This document shows, in pieces, positions 26,261 through 38,673 of a stretch of 64,000 nt of DNA (position 1 is its first letter; every line of letters begins with the position of its first letter). The stretch comes from Octopus vulgaris. Taxonomy: Eukaryota. The position numbers and the translations under genes are program-made. The stretch spans positions 45,446,001 through 45,510,000 of the forward strand of contig OX597814.1 in NCBI GenBank assembly GCA_951406725.2. Direction: 5' to 3'. Below the pieces are notes generated by a model. That model did not search any database and was not told the origin of the DNA. It saw nothing but the letters and a program-made list of their open reading frames with translations.

Positions 26261-26933
26261 GGATCTTTACCTTTTGACCTACAGATTTAAAAAATAATTT
26301 TTTGTAACTAAACATTTTAAACTTCGGACACTGGTAGAATGTGTCACATAAAACATCTTTTACTCTTAGCATTTTTGAGAAAAACATATTTACGAAGTTA
26401 TTTCATGTTAAAGTTCTCGTATTTCGGTAATTTCAACCAATCAATGATGTGTAGTCAGCTGAATAAAATTACTTGCCGTTATTTGTCAACAACTATCAGC
26501 GGTGAATTTTTTGTTTGTCACTGTTATTTATGACATCAGTCGTGCGTTTGTACTGGTTTTAGCTTTAAGGTTTTAGGGTTAGGGTTTTCGGGTTAGAGTG
26601 TTAGGGTTAGAGTTTTAAGGTTAGGGTTAGGGTTTTAGGATTAGGGTTGGGGTTAAGGTAGTCATAAATAACAGTGACAAACGAAATATACACTGCCGGA
26701 AGTTCTTGTTGACAAACAACAGCAGTAATTTTATTCAGCTGAATACACGTCATTGATTGGTTGAAATTACCGAAATAGGACAACTTTAATGTGAAATAAC
26801 TTTGTAAATATAAGTTTTTCTCAAAAATGCTAAAAGATGTTTTATATGACACATTCTACCAGTGTCCGAAGTTTGAAAGTGTTTAGTTACAAAAAATTAT
26901 TTTTTAAATCTGTAGTTCAAACGGTAAAGATCC
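26261..26933. mobile_element. Foldback Merlin-type MITE with ~275-bp inverted arms and a TTAGGG-like core
   Basis: GGATC...GATCC termini; 8-bp TSD AATATTTG; arms homologous to the interior of the 22128 element. Confidence 0.9.
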
Positions 26934-28905
26934 AATATTTGTCAAACATACCCTACAATAAGGGTTGAACTCAGAACTACATGGTTGCAAAGTAAACTAT
27001 ACTACCATGCATACATACATATGTTCACACGTGTAGTGTTGCTTGAGATAGTAATTACGTTTCTTAGTTTATTTGTATCATTATACTTTAAGGAAATAAG
27101 GCTAAAGAAAAAGGAAAGAAGATGTTATTTATTGAGAAAAACAAGGGATTTTATCCAAAAAGATGACATACTCCTGTATTGCAAGTAACAGGGAGAGTTT
27201 CCATGTCCTCAAAAGAAGATTTTGAGAAACCTGGCAGAGGTGAAGCAAGAGATGTGCTTCCTTGAATGGGGTAGGTCATAAGCAAGTGTATACTTGGTTT
27301 ATAATACCAATACCAATAACAAGGCAAAGATACAAACAGAGCCTAAGCAACACAAGCCTGTCAATAGGCTGATTCTGAAGTGGGAAAGAAGAATATAAAG
27401 ATCACAGCAAAAGATGTTTATATATAGATGTTAACCCTTGACTTGTCATCACTTTTGCAGCATGCTATGGTCAGATGATGAGTGCAGAAGTAATACACTA
27501 AAACAAGCAGTCAGATGAAGGTCTGAATGGACCACCAGGTCCTAATGACCTTACCCCTGCTCCCAACCCAGCCAAACCCCACCATTGTGGAAGCAGTAGA
27601 GTCAGACTGATGATACAACATACAAAGCTAAGTTGCTATACATGTTTTGACAATCAGAATTGATGAACAGGTTCTGTAGAGTATTTTGAAAAAGAATCTT
27701 AAAATAGAAAACAGACAGACTATTCTAGGCTATATCATCATCATCATCATCGTTTAACGTCCGTTTTCCGTGCTAGCACGGGTTGGACGGTTTGACAGGG
27801 ATCTGGGAAGCCAGGTGGCTGCACCAGGCTTCAGTCTGATCTGGCAGTGTTTCTACAGCTGGATGCCCTTCCTAACGCCAACCACTCCATGAGTGTAGTG
27901 GGTTCTTTTTATATGCCACCAGCACAGGTGCCAGGGGAGGCTGGCAGTGGCCACGATCGGTTGGCGCTTTTTACGTGCCACTGGCACAGAAGACAGTCAA
28001 GGCAGCGCTGGCATTGGCCAAGTTCGAACGGTGCTTTTTACATGCCACCGGCACAGGTATCACAACTACAATTTCCATTTGATATTTATTTTGATGTTGA
28101 TGTACTTGACTCAATAGGTCTCCTCAAGCACAGCAGGTCACCCTAAATCACTCTTCAACCACATAGCTTATGGAAACAAGGTCATCAATACAGTAACTAT
28201 TTCTCTTCAAACCTGCCCATTTTCCATACCAACATGGGTTGGATGTATCATTAAGATCCAAATCAGTCCTTATTCATTGTTACTGCCCCTCCAGATGAGG
28301 CAATCAATGACATTTCACTTGTACATTACAATTTTTGGCATAGTTTTTACAGTTTTGTAGGGTGTATTGGGTCCATTTTATAACTCCACCACAATAAGCA
28401 GTAATTTTTTGTTAACAAGATCAGTTCTAGATTAGTATGCCTGGGACATGAACTGGTTAAGTTCATTCACCTCTAAGTTATGCTCATTGTATGCTTTGAA
28501 TTCAACATTAAAAGATAATAAAGTACTCATCCAAGAGATAAGCATACTACAGGCCAACTCTACCCTGGTTAAAGGCAATTCACTAACTTTTGTTCCAAAT
28601 GCTCTTAGGATATACACAAACAATACAATTTTTCATTTATCCCTTCAGTTCATTGGGGTATTTTTACTTCATCAAAAAGAAGCCTTACAGTTTAGGTGGC
28701 AAGCTTCATCTAAATTTGAAATTTATATACTGGACACTGAGAGTTCAGTCTGCAATGCATTAAAGTTCAAATCCTTCAGCATAATTCAATACACAAATAT
28801 ATTTCTGTTAAAAATTGTCTTACAGATAAAAACTAAGTTTTCTTCAACAATACAGAATGCAATAACAAACTATCAAAACAAAATGTGAGAATGAATAAAA
28901 AAATA

Positions 28906-28916
28906 TTTATTTTATT
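28906..28916 (-). terminator. Candidate polyadenylation signals for ZSWIM7
   Basis: Two overlapping AATAAA on the minus strand, about 520 nt after the stop codon. Confidence 0.35.
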
Positions 28917-29436
28917 TACAAGTGTAGCAAATAATTTGTCCTTAAAAATTACCACAAACTTTAAGCTTCACAGTCTCTGACTGGCAATGTCATATACAAC
29001 CAAAACTGCATACCAATTAAATTTGAAATTATTATTTCAACTTTGACCTTACTACACAGCACAAAAACAATCCACATTAGTGTACTGCTTTCATATTTGA
29101 AATGTTTCTGTTGCTATACACACATGAAAATTCCAGACTACCTCCAATAGACATAGAAAAGGATAATTTCACAGATTGCTAAATACTCAGAGTTCTAAGT
29201 CATTTAAGAGTCCTCAAATGCTGTGTGTCTTTTAGGAGTTTATACCTAACTAATGAGATATTGCCCTTCTAAGAATATTTGGTTGACATCTATGTTAAAC
29301 AATTAGAGTAAAGAATACACTGTAAAGTATTTTATCTTCTGAATTGTTAATATTCTCATTTTGCTGGTTTCAACATCTTCATTGTCACCCTACCAAGGCA
29401 TTCATTGTTTTCAGATTTGATTCTGGTGCACGTCAT

Positions 29437-29541
29437 TTATTCCATATGCAACAGCATAGATCTCATCTCTTTGTCAGATATATTACGTCTCACAGTGACA
29501 TTCATGGCATTAGAAAGTTTTATGGCCAAAATATGCTTGCA
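29437..29541 (-). CDS. ZSWIM7: ZSWIM7 last coding exon CKHILAIKLSNAMNVTVRRNISDKEMRSMLLHME*
   Basis: Acceptor tatttctag; CKH completes the SWIM zinc finger; TAA stop. The joined CDS is 417 nt = 138 aa + stop. Confidence 0.93.
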   Translation of the reverse strand, partial: CKHILAIKLSNAMNVTVRRNISDKEMRSMLLHME

Positions 29542-31038
29542 CTAGAAATAGACATAAGTAAAATGAAAATATACTTGACATAGGTACCAGCTTAACTACT
29601 CTTTTAGATCCACTGAAAATATATTCATATATAATGTGAGAAATTTTAATATACAATATATTAATATACAAGTATAAATATATACTTGAGTGTAAAAACA
29701 AAATAAATGCAACAACAAACCTTTGAAAACAAAGATACTAAAAACAATAGCTTGGAGACATCTTATGACTAATGTATAATATTTCATTGGCTGCAGCTAT
29801 GAAACACCATATGCGTAATGAATACATCATCATCGTCATCGTTTAACGTCCGCTTTCCATGCTAGCATGGGTTGGACAAATGACTGAGGGCTGGCGAACC
29901 AGATGGCTGCACCAGGCTTCAATCTTGATCTGGCAGAGTTTCTACAGCTGGATGCCCTTCCTAACGCCAACCACTCCAAGAGTGTAGTGGGTGCTTTTAC
30001 ATGCCACCGGCACGGGGCCAGTCAGGTGGTACTGGCAACGACCTCACTCGAATCTTTTACACATGCCACAGGCACAGGCGCCAGTAAGGCGATGCTGGTA
30101 ACGATCATGGTCGGATGGTGTTCTTAATACCCCACTAGCCTACTACCCTACTCATCCAATGTTAATTCTGTTAGCATGTTGGTGGTGTGTTGAGTTATAC
30201 ACTCTATTATTTAAAAGTGATAATTTAATTAATAAAAAACAAAACAAAAAAACAGACACCATGCCAGTTTGGTGTTTGAGTTTTCATCAAAATCATCCTC
30301 ATTTTAACACCTACATTTCCATGTTACAAGGGTCAGACGGAATTTGTTGAGGCAAATTTCTATCAGCTGGATGCCTTCCCTGTCAGCAACTGATACTTGT
30401 GTTTTCAAGCAAGGCAATATTTCCTCATGACCTGACATGATTTTATGTAAGATGAAAAACGAATGACACTACTTGCAAATGATAACACTCATTTACAACT
30501 ATTAGGTGATGTCAAGAAAAAGAAGCACAAACATACACACACACATATGTACACGTGTTGGGGAGGGTGAATAAAATCACTATCAAAAGGCCCATGGGAA
30601 TCTTAGAAACTGGTAAATGAATCCAGGCTACAGTTTGCCCTTTCGAATAATTGTGCTGAAGCAGAGTTAGGTTGTCAACATACATCAAGTATGAGTCAAA
30701 TGTAGGTAACAGAGGGTACATTATCAAATGAAACCTGCTCATTAAACTGAAAAGCAATAAACTGGAGATATATTGTAAACTAAGAGCAAAGATTTTATAT
30801 AATCTAGTCTGAAGAAGTGAGTCAGTATCCTTAACCTTTCCATGAACTTTCAGAATGAACACAGTTACATTACAATAAAAATGGTTATATAGGTAATTTC
30901 AGAAATACAGGAATATGTCATGAACATATAGATAGCTTAGTGGTAGATAAATGGAGAAAACAGGGGATAGAGTGTACATTAAACAGCTTAATGATATCCA
31001 GTTATAAAGATTACTTATGTGAAGGGTTTATAACTTAC

Positions 31039-31064
31039 CATGATGTGGTCATCTTTCAAAAGGA
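31039..31064 (-). CDS. ZSWIM7: ZSWIM7 exon 6, 26-nt micro-exon (V)LLKDDHIM
   Basis: Acceptor ccatgtttcag and donor gtaagt. Exactly restores the frame and spacing between CxC and CxH (cf. VLRKSDSIL). Confidence 0.85.
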
Positions 31065-31211
31065 CTGAAACATGGAAAAACTATGTATTAACACATCTCA
31101 CCATAATCTTTATTAACACATCTCACTATAATCTCTATTATTACATTACTAATTTGTAATTAGATATACATATAAACATGCCTTGTAGATATATATATAT
31201 ATATATATATA

Positions 31212-31420
31212 TCACTTTGATCACTTTGACCGACCAGTCCGTCAGGCGTCCATTTGACACCGCTGGTCACAGCACGCTGTCCACTCCTCTCTGGATCACG
31301 CCTTTCTCATCTACGTGATCCCAATCGTCCTCCTGAAATCGTCATTCCACCATCGTGGAGATCTTCCGGGTGGTCTTTTCCGCTCACGCGGGTACCACTC
31401 GACAACTGCGTGCGTCCACC
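31212..31420 (-). mobile_element. Short GC-rich RTE 3' fragment of a different family, inserted in (TA)n
   Basis: WYPRERKRPPGRSPRWWND C-terminal RTE motif; tail (CAAAGTGAT)2; TA repeats on both sides. Confidence 0.7.
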
Positions 31421-33000
31421 AATATATATATATATATACATCTTTAATGTGCTGTTACTTTTTCAGCTCATTTACACAAGAACCAGAAACAACTCCACAA
31501 AATTATTCAGTTTGTGATGATGATGTCATACAAAGGGATTTCATAGCAAACACTGTTGCAAATCAGGCCTTGCATATTTATTATAGCATTAATTCACAGT
31601 AATTTGAAAGGATACCTGGGTATCTCTGGAAGCTGACCTCATATATGAAGTTGAATGTATATGATCAGCAGACAAAGTATTTAAAAGATGAAAGATAAAC
31701 AGAATAACATTTTAACTTTCTGCAGTAATCAAATGTGCTCATAATTTCATCATTACAGTGATAATTACTGTTTTGTGACAGCCTTTGGTTAATATGTTTT
31801 AAAATGTCCTATCCTTTCCAATTATGTAAAACAATTAACACAACTACTTTTTAAATCATGCTCAAGAGCAATCTCCTCTTTAACAATAATTTAATTCTGT
31901 GAAATGATTTACTGTTTAATATCACATGGATAAGCACTCTGATACAATATAAGTTCCTTACAGGCTAAATCTCTATATCAGTTTTAATTCCAATTGAAGG
32001 AATTTCATTTCATTTCTCTAAGAGAGACATCACACTTCACATTTTCTTTGAACTTCATATTTGAGACCTTGTGTTTGTGTAAAATACTCATTTCTATTGC
32101 TAAGTGAAAATGTGATATATTAATGAAGCAAAAACCAAATTTTAAAAAAAGTGGATGAAATAAAGTGAAAAAGATAGATAAAAGTTTTCTTGCATTCAAA
32201 ATTATTCAATTTAAAATCAGTGGGAATCAGCAATTGAAATTCTATTTATTTTTTTCTTCTTAAGACAGTACATGCACAAGTCTAGTTCGTATATTAAATT
32301 TAATTTGACTTCTAATTTTTGTGAGAAAACAAAATGAAAAAATCCCATAGAAAATAATAACTTCACTTTATCATCATCATCGTTTAACGTCTGTTTTGTG
32401 CGCTAGCACGGGTTGGACGGTTCGACCAGGGTCTGGGAAGCCAGGGGCTGCACCAGGCTCCAGTCTGATCTGGCAGTGTTTCTACAGCTGGATGCCCTTC
32501 CTAATGCCAACCACTCCACGAGTGTAGTGGGTGCTTTTTACGTGCCACCGGCACAGGTGCCAGGGGAATCTCGCATCGGCCACGATTGGTTGGTGCTTTT
32601 AACGTGCCACCGGCACGGAAGCCAGCCAAGGTGGCGCTGGCATCAGCCACATTCGGATGGTGCTTTTTATGTGCCACTGGCACAGAAGCATGCATTTTAC
32701 TCTTCAGATTTCTTTAGACTCCTAACACTGTTGGAATCTGTCAGTTCTTTACAAACATACTAAAATACTTGCCTTCAACACCAAGAGATACAATGAGAGT
32801 AAGGTTAAGAATCTTACTATGAGTATTATGCTGCATTGCCTAGCAAGATTATAACTCATTCTGAGTGACAAGTGGTTACACTCAGGCTTCAGTTTGGTAG
32901 TTAGCACAACTATTAATATGTCCATATTAACAAAATCCATCCGCTTCCAGTTAACATGAAATCAGTAAAAAAGTAAATGAGCACTTGTATGATACTTTAC

Positions 33001-33079
33001 CTGAATAGTTATAAGCAGGACAGGAACAATATTTGCTGTCAGGGAAACAAATATACACAATTCCTGAAGTGCCCATTAC
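33001..33079 (-). CDS. ZSWIM7: ZSWIM7 exon 5 VMGTSGIVYICFPDSKYCSCPAYNYS (SWIM CxC half)
   Basis: Acceptor tgtgcag and donor gtaaag; 79 nt; contains the YCSCPA SWIM motif. Confidence 0.93.
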
Positions 33080-34733
33080 CTGCACAATAAACATGATAAA
33101 TGTAACACTGTAAACAACATATGATGGACAAATTGTGAGAAGCAAAGGAATTGTCTCTCTGTAAGACATTATAAAAAATACATTTAAGAACTATGATATT
33201 GTATAACATTGAAGACAGCAATTCATGAGAGAAATGAGCTATGTATAGTTCATTATGTAAGAGATGTTTTCACAAAAATTAAATACAGTGAATTGAGAAA
33301 GTGATAGAATATGAAAGACAGTAAGATATTGTAAGCAGGGGAGATAACTGCTCGAGTAAGAACATTGTAAATGGATGTTAGAAGCCGAGAGAACAAATAT
33401 TATGGATTGATAAGGAAGAAGTACGGCTTTAGACCAGAGAGGTTTGAAAAGGTAAAGTTACATCAGAATTTCAGAATTACAAAACACTGAACTTCATCTT
33501 AGTAGACTTTCTGCAATATCAGTGAATATATTATTCCCTGTTTCCCATGTATCAGAGAGAATTGATTTCACTGAGGTATGTGATTAGTGAGTACATGTCA
33601 TTGACTAGACCCAGGTAGGCCAACACACATCTGGCATTCTCATGAGTCATGATAATTGCCTCACTCCAATATATATTATGTTTTATAACACAGCATTTCT
33701 ATGAAGAGACTTTCAGTCAGACAAATACTATAGCATTGTGCGTGTCAACAGTGTATATACAGCAAGTATAATACATAGATGAGTATTTTAATTTAATGCT
33801 GTTTCATATGCATACACTAAATTTGTGTGTGTGTGGTTAAGAGGATTGCTTCTCAGCCATGTGATTTCAAGTTTAGCCCTGCTACATGGCTCCTAGGGTG
33901 TCTTCTGATATAGCTCCAGGCTGACCAAAGCATTGTGAGTGGATTTGGTAGATAATAACTGAAAGCAGTATAATGTATATTTGTGTATCCTTTTCTTGAC
34001 ATCAAATGATAAACAAGCACCACTTGTTCAAGGATGTTTTCTTTTCCAGTCTTCTATAAAAAAAAACGATGTGCAGCCATGGAAAATATAACCTTGCTTG
34101 GATGAGATTTGACAACAGGAAGGGCATCTAGCCATAGAAAATTTGCCTTGACAAATTTCGTTTTAATCCATGCGAAAAATTGGACATTTGAAGGATATCA
34201 AATGATGATCGTCATCATCCTCATCATTATAAACATGATATATATCATGAATTGTCAACATCATCATCATTTAATGCCCAGCCAGACATATCATATATAT
34301 ATAGATATATATATCTCATATGTATGCATATTATTCCACAATGTTATGATATATCTTCAAGTGTTATAATTTTACCTTAACTATGGAACAAAATTGAAAA
34401 TGTAAGTGAAATCTTAAACATAATGAAAGACTGTTGTAAAAATAGAAATAAGGAAATTTATAAAATGTGGGATTTCCATGGTTCCTACTACTTCATATTA
34501 ATGCTGCTGCACAGTGTTGAGCTGTAACATTTGTGCTATCCATTTACACCTAGGTGGATTGAGCCATTTAAGTGTTCAATTCATGGTTATGGACATAGTC
34601 CTTTCTCAGTGCCAGAGTATGAACTGCCACCCTTCATTGTGAGTCCAGCACCATATAAACTCAGCTGTAAAGCAATTTCCACATGCAATATTATTTATAA
34701 ACAAATACGAAACTTTTTGTATAGAAGACGTAC

Positions 34734-34836
34734 TGTGTATAATTGGCGTTTACTTGGGCATTCTAGCAGAGTAACGGCTTTTCTATCAATGATATCAAGT
34801 GCAGGCATGAGACTTGTCTGGTAAATGAACTGAAGC
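34734..34836 (-). CDS. ZSWIM7: ZSWIM7 exon 4 LQFIYQTSLMPALDIIDRKAVTLLECPSKRQLYT
   Basis: Acceptor ttttattctag and donor gtacgt; 103 nt. Matches LKFLFG...ALDLVDRQSITLISSPSGRRVYQ of ZSWIM7. Confidence 0.92.
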
Positions 34837-35484
34837 CTAGAATAAAAGAATAAAACAAAAATACAACATAATCTCTTGTCAGTCATTATAAGTCATCAAA
34901 GTTACATAGTATCTTGAGACAGTGTGGCAAATTAGTATGCTATAAGATATAATCTGAATTTCAGGTTGAGCCTGTTATCAGTTTCAGATACAATAAACAA
35001 GTTAATCTTGAGTAAATTAAAGTTGAGGTATCTGTGGAGTGGTTGGTGTTAGGAAGGGCATCCAGCTATAAAAAAAAACCATGCCAAAACAGACAGCAAA
35101 GCATGGTGCAGTCTTCTGCCTAGCCAGCTCCTGTCAAACTGTCCAACCCATGCCAGCATGGAAAGCAAGCGTTAAATGATGAGCTGAATCCTATAATCAA
35201 ATTCTAATATAGGTGAGACTATGTCTCTTCATTAACAGCACAATAACTTTTGCAAGAGTTACAAACATCATAAATCCTATTAATCTACATCTCTAAGGTA
35301 GATAAAACTAATAACTCAGTTCCCACAAAAAATTTGGCAATAGACTCTAAATATCACACTTGTGTGATGTGTATAACATATTTATTGACTGGTGAAACTA
35401 CAAAGATTAAAACCAGTATCAACTGGAAATATTTAATAAATTTCTAAGATTAGTTCCTTAAGTATATAGCTGTGTAAATGTAAA

Positions 35485-35876
35485 TCTCTATATATATAAA
35501 GCTGAAGTTGTCAGTGTATGGCAGGTTTGGTAGCCTTCAACTAACAGTATCTCCTCCAAGACTCTGCGGCGCAAGTTGACCAAAATTGAGAGTATGATAG
35601 AAGAAGGTTTGCTCTTCCTTCCGTAGAAGAAAAAATTCAAATCGGATTATGTTAACACCAAAAATTATTTACATCAAAAAGGTGCTTTTTTTCTATGAAA
35701 ATCCCTATTTTTTACGATTTTTTGACTGCTGTGTCACCATTTTTCGGTGTATTTCAACCAGAAAAATGTTCATTTAAAGAGAATAACAAGCTACATAATG
35801 CAAAATTTTTACTTTTCAAAAATTCCAATTCTAAAGGGTCGAAACAAACCCGAGCAACGTCAGGTGATACTGCTAG
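35485..35876 (+). mobile_element. Non-autonomous Helitron-like element
   Basis: TC...cccgagcaacgtcagg.gatactgCTAG|T; near-identical interior to 48235-48614. Confidence 0.8.
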
Positions 35877-36198
35877 TAGGTGTATAAATGTAAATATGTT
35901 GGTAAATATGACTTATGCTTCATAATTTCAGAAAATGTTTCTGGGAAAATGCAGATAAAATAGACCAATTCTTAATATATAAAGTAAGGTGGCAAGCAGG
36001 CAAAATTGTTCACATGCCAAGCAAAATGCTTAGTGATATTTCATCCATCTTTACATTCTGAGTTCAAATTCTGCCAAGGTTGACTTTGCTTTTCATCCTT
36101 TTGTGGTCAATAAAATAAGTACCAGATGAGTACTATGGTCGATGTAATCAACTTATCCCCCTCCCCCGAAATTGCTGGCCTTGTGCCAAAATTTGAAA

Positions 36199-36243
<45 letters not shown>

Positions 36244-36262
36244 AGTGGATATATATACTCAC

Positions 36263-36284
36263 GCGGATAACAATTCATCAGACA
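36263..36284 (-). CDS. ZSWIM7: ZSWIM7 exon 3, 22-nt micro-exon (L)SDELLS(A)
   Basis: Acceptor tgatttcag and donor gtgagt; keeps the frame; matches the PDEYLLS segment of the family. Confidence 0.85.
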
Positions 36285-37419
36285 CTGAAATCATAAAAGC
36301 CATTTATATTGTTATAAAACAGATATAAATAATGTAGCTACTGTTTTACATAAACACAAAGTTATAGCATTATAATTTTTATATCATCATGTATTATCAT
36401 CATTTTCTCTTATGTCTGGGGAGAGTCATTTTCTTTTTGTGCCTTATAATTTAACACACTCACCGGTAAAATTTCCACTTATTTCTTATTTTTATTTTCC
36501 TAAGTGAGTGTGTTAAATTATAAGGCACAAAAAGAAAATGACTCTCCCCAGGCACAACAGAATATGCTTCAACACACGAACTCACATAAAGAATCTTGCA
36601 AACCAAATCCAAAAACGAAATATCATCATTTTAACATCCACTTTTCCATGCTTGCATAGGTCAGACGCAGTATGTTGGGGCAGATTTTCTACAAGCAGAT
36701 GCCCTACATATCGCCATCCATCACCTGTTTCCAAGATCAGATATTTTTTTACAGAAAACAGGAAATGAAGGACATTGCACACATGATGATGACACTCATT
36801 TACAACTGTTGCAAGATGTCATGGGAAGGAGACAGTAAAACACAAACACATGCATGTGCATACACACACATACGTGTGCACACACAGACACAAACACACA
36901 TACATGTGCACAGAAAAAATGTACAATTTGCCACCAACATGCATACAGTGGTTACAATATATAACAAATCTTTTTCATACTTTAAATCCATCTTTCAATA
37001 ATGGCATGACTGAAAAATTCTTACACTGACATATTGTTACAGTAATCACTTTTATAGTTGAATATCTTAATTGGGAACAACTCATTGAATCCATTTCCAA
37101 TCAAATTGGTTAAATCTACAGCTCACAATACAATTATAGAAAAGGTTTGAATTTAGTGCCCCCAGTAAATCCTGTTATAAAGGTTAAATGGTGATATTTA
37201 ATATATATATAATAAGGATGAAGAAATTCTGAACTAGCTTTTTTCAAGATGAGACAACTTTAGAGTGTTGCTTATCACTCTGAATTTGAAGAGATTACAC
37301 AATATTGTCAAATGGCTAACTCTTTGTAAATTACTGCTGTAATCATAAACAAATATCTTATGATGCTTATAAAGTCAAACTTATAAACAAGGAACTAAAA
37401 ACTTCCTGGCTTTAAAGGT

Positions 37420-37603
37420 ATCACAAAAGGCCTGGTTGGAGGCCCAACCTTCTGAGTTCTTTTACAGGGCTTAGAAAAACTGAAGAATTGCTGCAATAAG
37501 TGTTTGAATCTGAGAGGGGAATATGTTGGATAAAATCATAATTAACTGATCCTCCCTTATTTTCTTTAACCCAAAACCAGGAACTTTTCAGCACCCGCTC
37601 ATA
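37420..37603 (+). mobile_element. Mariner 3' remnant
   Basis: GLEKL...NKCLNLRGEYV* mariner C-terminus, followed by TIR-like ggaacttttcagcaccc..cata. Confidence 0.65.
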
Positions 37604-37619
37604 GTTAAATCAATATATG

Positions 37620-38330
37620 TAACGAACTGATCAGGATAGCCAAAGCATTAGAGGACCTTCCACATTGCCAGCCTTGGGACGGTATCAAAGGCCTTCTCGA
37701 GGTCGTAGAAAACAAAATAGAGAGGTTTTTGTTGTTCTCTATTCTTTTCTTGTATTTGTCAAGCACAAAAGATCATGTCAGTTGTCCCTCTGGATGGTCG
37801 AAATCCATATTGTAATTCAGGTAGGACTTCCTCCACAATGATTTTGAGATGATCCAGAAGGAGTCTTGCAAAGATTTTCCCTGCAGTGGAAAGCAGTGAG
37901 ATGCCACGATAGTTCCCACAGATCTTTCTTTCTCCTTTTTCGAGAACATGGCAGTTCTTCCACATTCGGAGAAACAATGAGAACAGACAAGTGTTTAATA
38001 GTAGTCAACCATGTTTTAGAAGTTCCACTGGGATATTGTCTGGGCCAGAAGACTTCCACTGCTTCATACAGTTGAGGGCAATCTGGTACTCTTCGTAGAA
38101 TGGTGGCGTGTTCAACCAGTGTTGAGTTGGATGCATGGGTACCACATTGGAGTTTTGGTTCAGAAGACTCAAGAAGTGCTCTTTCCAGCATTGAAGGTTT
38201 AGCATATACATATAAATTAAAGTTTAGACCAGGCATGGGTAACTTTCCAAGAAGCAGGCTGCATGAGACAAGGCTCATGATCTGGCAGACTGCATAACTA
38301 AGAAAGTTAAAGGTAAATTTTTCATTAGGC
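37620..38330 (-). mobile_element. RTE/BovB-like RT fragment in a ZSWIM7 intron
   Basis: GPDNIPVELLK, GNYRGISLLSTAGKIFAR, QYGFRPSRGTTDMIF and FYDLEKAFDTV. Confidence 0.88.
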
Positions 38331-38601
38331 TTACCATTCTGAAGGTCCCACGGACCGTCGATTACCCATGACTGGTTTGGGACTTATATCGACTATCAGT
38401 TGGTTAAAGGGAGATAACATTTTAATAACGCCTACCCAAGATCATGTTGCTCTATATACTTTATTCATAAACAATATAATCATTGAATCTATATGCTATC
38501 ACTTACGTTTCAAAACTAAACTGAAGTCTATGAAACATTTCTGTTGTCATTTCCAATGTACTGCATGAAATAGTTAAAACTGAGAGCTGAAAATATCTTA
38601 C

Positions 38602-38673
38602 ATGAATTGGTTTCCTTGTAGACTCGAGAGACTTCTGACATTAATTGGGTCTCTACAGTAGAAAGTAACACAT
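38602..38673 (-). CDS. ZSWIM7: ZSWIM7 exon 2 (D)VLLSTVETQLMSEVSRVYKETNS
   Basis: Acceptor ttttctccctag and donor gtaaga; 72 nt. Resembles the ZSWIM7 N-terminal helix (VVEELLSEM in human). Confidence 0.85.

Noticed and set aside
26560-26660. True telomere or chromosome-fusion scar
   Set aside because: The tract is short, degenerate and enclosed within TIRs and a TSD, so it is transposon cargo.
28448-28888. 146-aa plus-strand ORF
   Set aside because: No recognisable motif, AT-rich low-information composition, and it lies just past the probable ZSWIM7 3' end. Likely chance.
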